37,324 nt of DNA from Elusimicrobiota bacterium. Lineage in GTDB: Bacteria > Elusimicrobiota > Elusimicrobia > UBA1565 > UBA9628. A program made the position numbers and the translations under genes. The stretch covers positions 1 through 37,324 of the forward strand of contig DAHVNA010000019.1 in assembly GCA_027319565.1 (NCBI GenBank), read 5' to 3'. The notes under the pieces were generated by a model. The model made no database searches. It saw only the letters and a list, made by a program, of their open reading frames with translations, and was not told the origin of the DNA. This document shows positions 17,861 through 26,611 of this stretch, one piece after another (position 1 is the stretch's first letter; each line of letters opens with the position of its first letter).

Positions 17861-18883
17861 ATGAACAAAATCACGGAGAAGAAAATATTTCTGGGCACGC
17901 TCGCCATATTGAGCCTTGGCTGCGCCCGGGTTTTTGCAATGGACATTGAAAACATCAGGGTCGCAGCCGATGGGTTCAACTTCTCCTCATTTCAAAATAT
18001 TAAGGCGCAAGCCTCCGCTCAAAACTCGCAAAAACCGGCGCCTCACCTTCTCTCGTGGAATATCGCGCCGCAATCTCTCATCTTCTCTCGCCATTTAAAA
18101 AAATTGATATCGTCCGAGGACTTTAAGGAAACCCTGGCGCATCTTAATATCGTCTATGTCGGCGAGGTTCACACCGTCCTTGTGGATCACCAAGTTCAAG
18201 CCGCCATCCTTCATCAAATGGCACAAAATCATCCCCGCCTGGTCTTAGGAATCGAAATGGCCGACGTTCTCCACCAGCAATATCTGGACTATTACATCAG
18301 CGGGAAAATACCGGAATCTCAATTCGCCGATTTTTGGAACCACACTTTCGGCGACTTTAAGGCGTATCGCCCAATCATAGAAGAAGCCAAACGAGATCAC
18401 ATTCGCATCATCGCGTTAAACGTCCCCCAGGCGATTGAACATAAAGCCGCACAACAAGGCCTTTCCTCCTTGACGCCCCAAGAGCGCGCTCTCTTGCCGA
18501 GGAAAATCGGGGAAATCAAGAATCCCCGCTATTACGCAATGCTGAAAAATTCTTTTAGCGATCTCCCTCCCGAAGAGATGAAGAGATATCTATTTTCCAT
18601 GCAAATCTGGAACGAGACGATGGCCTCAAATGTCGTTAGGCAAAGACGGCTTGGAAATTCCGTCATGGTCATCGCGGGGCTTGGGCATATCCTCTACGGC
18701 GGCGGAATTCCGGAAGGCGTTAAAAGAAGGCTGAAAGGAGAGTCCAGCGCCGTCATTCTCCCTTTTCCGCCGGATGGAGACCTCCAAAGCGAGAAAACCC
18801 TTCTTCAAAAACTCCTCGCCCCTAAATCAGACGAAGCCCACTGGGCGGATTTTTTCTGGCTTTTGCCCAGCGCCGCTCAATAA
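17861..18883 (+). CDS. ChaN-family (haem-uptake/Tiki-like) exported protein
   Basis: VYVGEVH, LGIEM, ALNVP, WNETMA, AGLGH motifs; signal peptide. Confidence 0.8.
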   Translation: MNKITEKKIFLGTLAILSLGCARVFAMDIENIRVAADGFNFSSFQNIKAQASAQNSQKPAPHLLSWNIAPQSLIFSRHLKKLISSEDFKETLAHLNIVYVGEVHTVLVDHQVQAAILHQMAQNHPRLVLGIEMADVLHQQYLDYYISGKIPESQFADFWNHTFGDFKAYRPIIEEAKRDHIRIIALNVPQAIEHKAAQQGLSSLTPQERALLPRKIGEIKNPRYYAMLKNSFSDLPPEEMKRYLFSMQIWNETMASNVVRQRRLGNSVMVIAGLGHILYGGGIPEGVKRRLKGESSAVILPFPPDGDLQSEKTLLQKLLAPKSDEAHWADFFWLLPSAAQ

Positions 18884-19962
18884 AAAGCGGGGTAAAGAGA
18901 ATGGGCCAATTGATTGGCCTTCTCAAACTTGGCAGAAGAAATCGAGGATGGTTTTGGGAAAACCCAAGATTTAGAGGCCTGATTGCCCGAGAAATCCGTG
19001 ACGAGGATTTTAAGCCCTGACACTCCGGAATGGATTTTTGAAAGAGGAAAGCGAAAAAGAAATCTCCGTGCCCGCTTGAGATCGGGGCTTATCTCAATTT
19101 GATTGTTCAAAATGCGCCCATCAGGAAACCAAATCGGCTTTATCTGGTAAACGCCCGAAATGCCGGTAAAAAAATCCTTCCCCGGCAGACGATAAAAACT
19201 TCTTTTTGCGAGAGTTGTTTCCCGCTTTCCGCCGTCAACAAGAGCCAAGACTTGAATAGAGGCCGGAGTCGTCTCGACAATTGAGGGCGAGATGAGGTCA
19301 AAGGCGTCAACAATAATAGCCGCCGGATGAAAATTCCGTTGAGCGGATAAAAGCCCTTTTTCATCATCGGCCAAAACTCGGTTTTTAGAATCAATCAGAT
19401 ACATCCCGCGAATGACGGGCGAGACAGAATCTTTTAAGGGCGCAAAAAAGCGCAAAGCCTCCTGATAGCGGCCTTCTGAGTCTATGACATTGATGTGGAC
19501 ATGCGGAGAGATTCCGGATCCCATTTCAGAGGCGTTATAAATTCTTCCCAAAAAAGCGCCGGAGCTTACGCGCCCTCCGCGCGCTGCAAGACTCAACAGA
19601 GAAGCTGGAATCGTTCTTGGATCGAGATGATGAAACTGCCAGACCGTCCCGTCTTTTTCCTCAATGGCGATCTCAAACGTATAGGGAATTTTAATCCGGT
19701 AATAATATCCCGCCGTGATCTTGCCGGAAACCGGAGCATAAACGGGAGTCCCGGCGGGCTCTAAAATATCAAGGCCATGGTGAAACGCAGGCTCATCGCC
19801 ATAAAATTGGAGGGTGTAAGCGGTGTTTCCAATTACGATGGGAAGATTTCGCACCGGCCAAGGCCTGGGAGATGAAATTCCGGGAAAAGCCGCACTCGCG
19901 GTAAAAGCGCTAAAGGCCAGAATCATAAAAACGATCAAAGGTTTATGCGCTTTAATTTTCAT
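18877..19962 (-). CDS. exported M23-family peptidase domain protein
   Basis: Signal peptide; HHGLDI..P.GTPVYAP..G and HVH zinc motifs; uncharacterised C-terminal domain. Confidence 0.75.
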   Translation of the reverse strand: MKIKAHKPLIVFMILAFSAFTASAAFPGISSPRPWPVRNLPIVIGNTAYTLQFYGDEPAFHHGLDILEPAGTPVYAPVSGKITAGYYYRIKIPYTFEIAIEEKDGTVWQFHHLDPRTIPASLLSLAARGGRVSSGAFLGRIYNASEMGSGISPHVHINVIDSEGRYQEALRFFAPLKDSVSPVIRGMYLIDSKNRVLADDEKGLLSAQRNFHPAAIIVDAFDLISPSIVETTPASIQVLALVDGGKRETTLAKRSFYRLPGKDFFTGISGVYQIKPIWFPDGRILNNQIEISPDLKRARRFLFRFPLSKIHSGVSGLKILVTDFSGNQASKSWVFPKPSSISSAKFEKANQLAHSLYPAFY

Positions 19963-19979
19963 AACGCTAGAAGGGCAAA

Positions 19980-21230
19980 CTAATTTTTCGCGGGGATTTT
20001 CGCGGAGAAGTCATCGGGAAACTTTTTCATAAAGCCACGGACGACCATCCCGACCGTGTCTCCCAAGGCGCAGATGACCTTCCCTGTGATATTTTCGCCG
20101 ACGCGCTGAAGATTAGGGACATCTTCTTTAACGCCTTGGCCGGACATAATGCGCTCTAAAATCCGCGTCGTCCACTCGGAACCCTCACGACAAGGCGTGC
20201 ATTGTCCGCAGGATTCATGGGCCAGGAAGCGCTCGATATTGTGGGCCACTTCCAGCATGTTTCTGGTCTCATCTAACACCATAATTCCGCCAGCCCCCAA
20301 GAAGGTTCCAAGGCCTCTCAAACTTTCAAAATCCATCGGGACATCTATTTCAGAAGCGGCAATGGGAGGAGTTGAAGCTCCACCAGGGATCACGCATTTA
20401 AGGGCTCGTCCGCCTTTGATGCCGCCCGCAGCCTCAAGCATCTTTCTAAGAGGAGTCCCCATCGGAAATTCATAAATCCCGGGATTTTCAACGTCTCCCG
20501 AAATAGAAAAAATGCCGGTCCCGCCGGTTTTAGCGACGCCAATTTTCGCGAAAGCCTCGGCCCCGTCTTTCAATATATGCGGAAGCATCGCCAAGGTCTC
20601 GACATTATTGACCACCGTCGGCTGATTCATGAGTCCTCGCACCGTCGGGAAAGGCGGAGGCTGCCTGGGCCAGGCCTTTTTACCTTCCATGGTCTCAAGC
20701 AGAGCGGTATCTAAGCCGCAGATATAAGCTCCGGCGCCGCGCATCAAGGAAATGTGGCAAGAAAATCCGCTTCCTAAAATATTTTTTCCAATTAAATTTT
20801 CCCGTTCAGCCTCGGCGATAGCGTCAGAAAGGATTTTATGCTGAACGGCATATTCGCCGCGAATAAAGATAAAAGCGTCTTCCGCTCCTATCGCATATGC
20901 GGCAATTAAGATTCCCTCGAGAACGCTGTGGGGACATTTGGTCAGCAAGACGCGGTCTTTAAAGCATCCGGGCTCGGACTCATCGGCGTTGGCGACGACA
21001 TAACGCGCCCCCGGTAATTTATCCTTAGGCGGCACCGTCTCCCACTTCATGCCGGTAGAAAACCCCGCGCCGCCAAGACCGCGCAGATTTGACTTTTTAA
21101 CCTCGGCCGTCACTTCCGCCGGCTTTAAGGTCAAGGCTTTTTTTAAACCTTCATAACCGCCGAATTTCTGATAGGTCTCTAGCTCATGCAAATTTGGCTC
21201 GTCAAAATGCTTCGTTAAAATTTTAGTCAT
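19980..21230 (-). CDS. nuoF: NADH-quinone oxidoreductase subunit F
   Basis: GGAGF, NADESEPG, NNVETL, HESCGQCTPCREG…IC.LGD (N3 cluster). Confidence 0.93.
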   Translation of the reverse strand: MTKILTKHFDEPNLHELETYQKFGGYEGLKKALTLKPAEVTAEVKKSNLRGLGGAGFSTGMKWETVPPKDKLPGARYVVANADESEPGCFKDRVLLTKCPHSVLEGILIAAYAIGAEDAFIFIRGEYAVQHKILSDAIAEAERENLIGKNILGSGFSCHISLMRGAGAYICGLDTALLETMEGKKAWPRQPPPFPTVRGLMNQPTVVNNVETLAMLPHILKDGAEAFAKIGVAKTGGTGIFSISGDVENPGIYEFPMGTPLRKMLEAAGGIKGGRALKCVIPGGASTPPIAASEIDVPMDFESLRGLGTFLGAGGIMVLDETRNMLEVAHNIERFLAHESCGQCTPCREGSEWTTRILERIMSGQGVKEDVPNLQRVGENITGKVICALGDTVGMVVRGFMKKFPDDFSAKIPAKN

Positions 21231-21724
21231 GCCGCAATCTCGTTAATTAAGTTTTCGGTCGCTTTCCCTTTTAATTCTTCGTTGACAATCAGGGCCGGCG
21301 CGTGTTCGCAAGCTCCCAAACACTCCATTTCTTCCCACGAAAACTCGCCGTCGGGAGTCGTCTCGAATTCTTTAACGCGCAATTTTTTCTCGAGTAATTC
21401 GGCGATTTTATCCGAGCCCGCCATCGCGCAGGAAAGCCCGTGACAAAGCCCGATGCGTTTTTTTCCGGTCTTTTTCTGGGTAAAAAATGGAAAGAAAGTC
21501 GCGACTTGGTGAACATGAGATCTCGTAGTCTTAAAAAGATCCGCCAGATATTCCTCGTCTTCCGGGCGCACGCACAAATGCCAGGTCTGAACCTGTCGCA
21601 TGGCCTCTAAAAGCCCCATGATCGGGTGCGGGTAAGCCTTGGTCCAAGACTCAAGAATTTTTTCTTCTTCCGGTGAAAACGCCACCGACTTTTGAGTTTT
21701 TTCCTGTGATGAAATAGCGCTCAT
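21227..21724 (-). CDS. nuoE: NADH-quinone oxidoreductase subunit E
   Basis: CxxxxC…ECLGAC..AP 2Fe-2S motif. Confidence 0.92.
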   Translation of the reverse strand: MSAISSQEKTQKSVAFSPEEEKILESWTKAYPHPIMGLLEAMRQVQTWHLCVRPEDEEYLADLFKTTRSHVHQVATFFPFFTQKKTGKKRIGLCHGLSCAMAGSDKIAELLEKKLRVKEFETTPDGEFSWEEMECLGACEHAPALIVNEELKGKATENLINEIAA

Positions 21725-21725
21725 A

Positions 21726-23051
21726 TTACCGGTCCAATTCTCCCGCGATCATATTGACGGAACCAAAGGTAGGAATAATATCGGCCACCCATCCGCCGTC
21801 GATTATCTTTGAAAGGGCCGCCATCGGGTTTAAACATGGCGGGCGGCAGCGCACGCGATAGGGACGATCTTCCCCAGAGCTGACAATGTGAAAACCAAGC
21901 TCGCCATTTCCGCCTTCCACCGCGAAATAAGTCTCTCCGGCCGGAATCCGAACGCCCCAATTCCACATAATCAGCTCAAAATGGTTCATCAAGCCTTCGA
22001 TAGAGCCGTAAGTCTCTTCTTTGGGCGGCAAAACAGCGGAATGGATGGCGGCGCGGGCAACGCCCACCTCACGTCTATCATAGCCTTCCAAGGTCTTATC
22101 CACTTTCGCCTTATATTTTTTTAACAAGGCAGTATCGCCTTTTTTTCCCGCGTCTTGATAAACAAAGGCGTCTTTCATTTCGGGAACATCAAGAGAATGT
22201 TTGCCTGCGGGAATCTGCTTTAAACATTGTTCGATCATGCGAAGGCTCTGCTCGATTTCCTCCATGCGCACCAAATAGCGATCGTAATTATCGCCCTTGG
22301 AGCCCACGGGAATCTCAAAATCAAGGCGATTGTAGATGAGATAAGGATTCGCGCGCCGGAGATCGTAAGGAACGCCAGTCGAACGCAAAAAAGGGCCGGT
22401 GATTCCGTAAGCGATGGCATCTTCTTGAGAGATGATGCCGACATTTTCCATTCGGTCTCTGAAAATGCGGTTTTTGGTCAGAAGTTTGTCCGAATCAACG
22501 ACCGCTTCCCGCACTTTTTTAAAGACCTCATGAAGATTTTCGGCGAAATTTTGGGGCATATCCCCCTTGACGCCGCCAACCCGTGTGTAAGAAGTCGTCA
22601 GACGCGCCCCAGTCAACTGATCCACCATTTGATATAAAAATTCGCGAGCCTTGATTAGGTATAGAAAAACCGTGAAAGCCCCCAGTTCCATCGCCGAAGC
22701 GCCAATGCAGGTCAGATGGTCGGTGACGCGCGAAATCTCGCAAGCGATAGTGCGCAGATATTGCCCGCGCTCGGGAATCTCGATTCCCGCCAATTTCTCG
22801 ACCGCCATGCAATAACCGACATTGTTAATGAGCGGAGAGACGTAATTGAGGCGATCTGTGTAAGGAACGACATTATTCCAAATCTCATTTTCAGACTGTT
22901 TCTCAAAAGCGCGGTGAAGATACCCAATCTCGGCTTCCGAGTGAACGATTCTCTCCCCGTCTAATTCCAAAATCAGGCGAACAACGCCGTGCATGGCCGG
23001 GTGTTGCGGCCCCATGTTTAAAAGGAAATTTTTTTGTTCTGTGTCTTTCAC
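21726..23051 (-). CDS. nuoD: NADH-quinone oxidoreductase subunit D
   Basis: NMGPQHPAMHGV, GYLHR..EK, DRLNY, C-terminal GELDR; no NiFe CxxC motifs. Confidence 0.95.
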   Translation of the reverse strand: MKDTEQKNFLLNMGPQHPAMHGVVRLILELDGERIVHSEAEIGYLHRAFEKQSENEIWNNVVPYTDRLNYVSPLINNVGYCMAVEKLAGIEIPERGQYLRTIACEISRVTDHLTCIGASAMELGAFTVFLYLIKAREFLYQMVDQLTGARLTTSYTRVGGVKGDMPQNFAENLHEVFKKVREAVVDSDKLLTKNRIFRDRMENVGIISQEDAIAYGITGPFLRSTGVPYDLRRANPYLIYNRLDFEIPVGSKGDNYDRYLVRMEEIEQSLRMIEQCLKQIPAGKHSLDVPEMKDAFVYQDAGKKGDTALLKKYKAKVDKTLEGYDRREVGVARAAIHSAVLPPKEETYGSIEGLMNHFELIMWNWGVRIPAGETYFAVEGGNGELGFHIVSSGEDRPYRVRCRPPCLNPMAALSKIIDGGWVADIIPTFGSVNMIAGELDR

Positions 23052-23437
23052 TTAACTTCTCCTAAAAAAGGATCACAAACGGAAACGACACGCTCCATCG
23101 CTTTCACCGCCTCCTCGGCTTCCGCATAAGATGCGAAAGCTCCGGGGTAACGCGAATCCACGGAATATTTATTAAGCGCGTCCAAGTCATCGGGACTTAA
23201 TTTCTCTTCTAACTCCTTCATCCTTTTTGCCAGATCAAAGAGATCATGAATTTTTGAGAAGACAACGTTTTGAACCACCAAGACAGTCTTAATATATTTT
23301 TCCGCACACTGTTGAGCGTGGAAACAGGCGATATCCGCCTGCCCCGGATTTGACTTAGCCTCCTCTAAACACCTCTGAGCCACATGGCGATCGGCCTCGG
23401 CCTTAGATATCCATTCTCGCGCATATTCAGGATTCAT
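23048..23437 (-). CDS. HEPN-domain toxin
   Basis: W..KA..D, CFHAQQCAEKYIK, KIHDL, SRYPG; ATG 23437 overlaps the MNT 3' end. Confidence 0.88.
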   Translation of the reverse strand: MNPEYAREWISKAEADRHVAQRCLEEAKSNPGQADIACFHAQQCAEKYIKTVLVVQNVVFSKIHDLFDLAKRMKELEEKLSPDDLDALNKYSVDSRYPGAFASYAEAEEAVKAMERVVSVCDPFLGEVK

Positions 23438-23756
23438 AGAGAACCTTCCCGCGCTCAAGCACTTCTTTAAAAAAATAATCTCCGATTCTCAGTCTCTCGC
23501 TCAACTCCTGGGAACTCCGGACCAAAAGATCCAGCGGCCATTCATGTCTCCCTATCGCCCTACTGACGAGACTATATCGCTGTGTTTTATCCGTAGGCGA
23601 GTCGAGAACGACAAAAAGGTCCAAATCACTGTCGGGGCCTGGATGTCCATATGCGTAAGAACCGAAAAGAATCACTTTTTTAGGATGCACCTTTTCTACA
23701 ATGCGTCCCACCGCTTCTTGTATCCAAGCCTGAGGATCGGGGCGAAAACTATTCAT
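23427..23756 (-). CDS. minimal nucleotidyltransferase (MNT) antitoxin
   Basis: ILFGSYAYG…DSDLDL (GS-x10-DxD), G.VLYE. Confidence 0.9.
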   Translation of the reverse strand: MNSFRPDPQAWIQEAVGRIVEKVHPKKVILFGSYAYGHPGPDSDLDLFVVLDSPTDKTQRYSLVSRAIGRHEWPLDLLVRSSQELSERLRIGDYFFKEVLERGKVLYES

Positions 23757-23797
23757 GGCTTCTCTTTATACAAAATACGGGGATAAGTATTTTAAAC

Positions 23798-24433
23798 TCA
23801 GTCATATTTTACCGTTGGCCGGATAATATTGAAGCTGGGGCTGTTCTCACGCTCGCCAGATTGCGGACCAATCAAGGGCTGCCTTTTGGTAATCGGGTAA
23901 TCTTTACGCAGGGGATGCCCTTTAAATTCTTCATACATCAATAAGCGCTTGATATTGGGGCGATCCACAAACTGAATTCCAAACATATCCCAAACTTCTC
24001 TCTCAAGCCAGTCGGCAATCGGCCATAAACTCATGACCGAGCGAAGAACCGGTGGATTTTCCGGAACCCCACAATGGACATACACCCGCCCCAGATCATC
24101 TCCGGTTTTGGGATCCAATTTCATCAAGCGATAGACCACGTCAAATCTTTCTTGAACGGGAGGCGCCGGGCGAGCATCGTCTAAACTGTCGGTTCCGGGA
24201 AGATGCGGAGTGCCGTATTCTTCTCCTTGGGCTGAGGCAATCGGGCGCGGAATAATTTGCTGTTGAAGCGGATGGGCGCGTTTCCAGGAATCGGTCTTAT
24301 CTCCAGAAGCGCCGTAGGCTGAATAATCGACCGCCGTAAAATCGACGAGCATATTGTAGCCTTCATTTTTTAGTTTCTTGAGAGTCTCAAAAGCCTCTGC
24401 CGCCAAAACCCGTATTTCTTTAATTTCGCTCAT
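23798..24433 (-). CDS. nuoC: NADH-quinone oxidoreductase subunit C
   Basis: D.TAVDY, W.EREVWDMFGI.F, GHPLRKDYP. Confidence 0.93.
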   Translation of the reverse strand: MSEIKEIRVLAAEAFETLKKLKNEGYNMLVDFTAVDYSAYGASGDKTDSWKRAHPLQQQIIPRPIASAQGEEYGTPHLPGTDSLDDARPAPPVQERFDVVYRLMKLDPKTGDDLGRVYVHCGVPENPPVLRSVMSLWPIADWLEREVWDMFGIQFVDRPNIKRLLMYEEFKGHPLRKDYPITKRQPLIGPQSGERENSPSFNIIRPTVKYD

Positions 24434-24906
24434 TTGATTCTCTCGCCAGCTTGTTTTTCAATTTTATTTTGGAGAAGAATGAGTCCTTCCAAGACAATTT
24501 CCGGCCGCGGCGGGCATCCGGGAATATAAACGTCGACCGGAATGATCGTGTCGATTCCTTGGACCGTGGAATAGTTGTTGTAAAAGCCGCCTGTGCAGGT
24601 GCAAACGCCAAAGGCGACCACCCATTTGGGAGCGGCCATCTGATCGTAAATGCGGCGCAAAACCGGAGCGATCTTGTGAGAAATCGTTCCCACGACCATC
24701 AAGCAATCGGCCTGGCGCGGAGAAAACCTGGGGAAAGCGGCTCCAAAACGGTCTAAATCATAATGAGAAGCCGCCGTCGACATAAATTCCATTCCGCAAC
24801 AAGCGGTGACAAAAGGATATTGGAAAATAGAGTATTTGCGCGCCCAGCCAAGAGCGGCATCCAACTGGGTCGTGACCACTCCGTCTAAGACTTCATCTAC
24901 CGGCAT
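24430..24906 (-). CDS. nuoB: NADH-quinone oxidoreductase subunit B
   Basis: ACCGMEFM, SPRQAD, PVDVYIPGCPPRPE; start at ATG 24906. Confidence 0.95.
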   Translation of the reverse strand: MPVDEVLDGVVTTQLDAALGWARKYSIFQYPFVTACCGMEFMSTAASHYDLDRFGAAFPRFSPRQADCLMVVGTISHKIAPVLRRIYDQMAAPKWVVAFGVCTCTGGFYNNYSTVQGIDTIIPVDVYIPGCPPRPEIVLEGLILLQNKIEKQAGERIK

Positions 24907-25244
24907 TCTAAAACCCCCTTCGCCCAGAAATAGACGACCATTAAGGCGGTGATCAAGACAAACAGGGTCACCGACAGAACGCTCAGCAAGGTCAAATGCG
25001 GACGGCTGAGAGCCCATGGAAACAATAACGCCAAATCAACGTCAAAAACGACGAAGAGAACCGCGAACTTCCAATATAAAACAGAAATTTTTTCTTCCGC
25101 GTGCTCGATGGGGCGCACTCCGGTCTCATAGGGGATATTCCCGTCCCCCTCATGTTTGGGCGCGGGGCCTAAAAGACGCCCGGCATAAGTCATGATCGTC
25201 GCAATGGTTCCAACGACTAGAACATCCAATATCAGAGCCGTCAT
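24897..25244 (-). CDS. nuoA: NADH-quinone oxidoreductase subunit A
   Basis: PYETG, FVVFDVD..LLFPWA, W.KG.LE; ATGA coupling to nuoN. Confidence 0.9.
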   Translation of the reverse strand: MTALILDVLVVGTIATIMTYAGRLLGPAPKHEGDGNIPYETGVRPIEHAEEKISVLYWKFAVLFVVFDVDLALLFPWALSRPHLTLLSVLSVTLFVLITALMVVYFWAKGVLECR

Positions 25245-26611
25245 CCTAATACCCTCTGGAAAGCCGACAAAATCCAAGGCAAAAACCCCGCGATCGCCGA
25301 ATAAGCGGCGCTGAGCGAAACAATTAAATTGACCGTTTGCATTTTCTCAAGTTTAAGATTTGAACTCCCCTCTTCAAAATACATCTCTCGCACGATCCGG
25401 AGATAATAAGCCAAGGCCGTCAAGGTCGCCAAGGAGGCCACGATTAGAGGAAGGTAGAGCCCCGCTTTAAAAGCCTGCCAGAAAATAAGGAACTTGGCCA
25501 AAAACCCGGCGGTGGGAGGAATCCCGGCCAAAGATAAGGCGAGAGCGGCAAAGCAAAAAGCTAAAATGGGGCGTTTTTTCCCTAAACCCTTTAAATCGCT
25601 CCATTGCGAGACTCCCGTCAGTTCCAGAAAAAAGAAAGCCCCGTTACTCATAAAGACATATGAAAAAAGATAGAAGAATATCGGCAACGCCCCTTTTTCA
25701 GTCGCCCCAAGAAGAGCCCACGCCCCCACGCCTAAAACTAAAACCCCCGCATGACCCAGAGAGGAATAGGCTAAAAGGCGTTGAAGCCTTTGTTGATTTA
25801 AAGCCGCCAGAGCCGCGAAAACCATCGTCAGCGCGCCGATCGCCGGAAGAAGAGAAACAAAACTCGCTTGGGAATATTGCGCCAAGCGCATCAACAAGAA
25901 AACCCCCGCAGCCTTGACGGAAGTCGAAAGAAATCCCGAGAGCATCGGCTCTGAGGCTTCATAGACATCGGGAAGCCAAAAATGCCACGGCACCGCCCCG
26001 ATTTTAAATAGAGCGGCAAGGGCCATTAACGAGAAGGCCACTTGATCCAAGAAAGAGCCGTTTCCGGCAAAGGCAAATCCGCCAGTCGCTGAATAATGGC
26101 AGGCCAGTCCCAACAAGAAAAAAGCGGCGCTGACCGAGCCCGCGAAAAAGTATTTAATCGCGGCTTCCCAAGAAGGACGGCCTTGGGCGGGAGTTAAGGC
26201 GACCAATAAATAAACGGGAAGGCTCAAAAGCTCAAGGGAGATAAACAGCATCAAAAGATTGGCTGAAAAAGCGAGGAAGGTCATCCCCAAAAGGCTTCCA
26301 AGAAGCAACAGCACCGAAACCTCGTCTGTCCAGGTTCCAGCAAGCAGAAAAGGAAGTGCCCCCGCGTAAAAAACTCCGCACCAAGCCTTGGTCATCCCAT
26401 CGGCGTGAAGAAGAGAAGAGATGTCTCCATTGGCCGGTTGAGCGAACACAAACGCGGCAGCGGCGGCCAAACTTAAAAGTCCCAAGGCTCGAATCAAGCC
26501 CGCGCTGATTTTTTTAGAGATTCCGACAAAGGCCACGCCCACAACTCCGCAAAACAAAGAAATACCGGAACCCAGCGGGAGAAACCTTAAAAATAAAGCG
26601 GATGGGGTCAT
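25241..26611 (-). CDS. nuoN: NADH-quinone oxidoreductase subunit N
   Basis: LELLSL, EAAIKYF, FKIGAVPWHFWLPDVYE, LAYSS, SLAGIPP.AGF.AK; start coupled to the nuoM stop. Confidence 0.92.
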   Translation of the reverse strand: MTPSALFLRFLPLGSGISLFCGVVGVAFVGISKKISAGLIRALGLLSLAAAAAFVFAQPANGDISSLLHADGMTKAWCGVFYAGALPFLLAGTWTDEVSVLLLLGSLLGMTFLAFSANLLMLFISLELLSLPVYLLVALTPAQGRPSWEAAIKYFFAGSVSAAFFLLGLACHYSATGGFAFAGNGSFLDQVAFSLMALAALFKIGAVPWHFWLPDVYEASEPMLSGFLSTSVKAAGVFLLMRLAQYSQASFVSLLPAIGALTMVFAALAALNQQRLQRLLAYSSLGHAGVLVLGVGAWALLGATEKGALPIFFYLFSYVFMSNGAFFFLELTGVSQWSDLKGLGKKRPILAFCFAALALSLAGIPPTAGFLAKFLIFWQAFKAGLYLPLIVASLATLTALAYYLRIVREMYFEEGSSNLKLEKMQTVNLIVSLSAAYSAIAGFLPWILSAFQRVLG

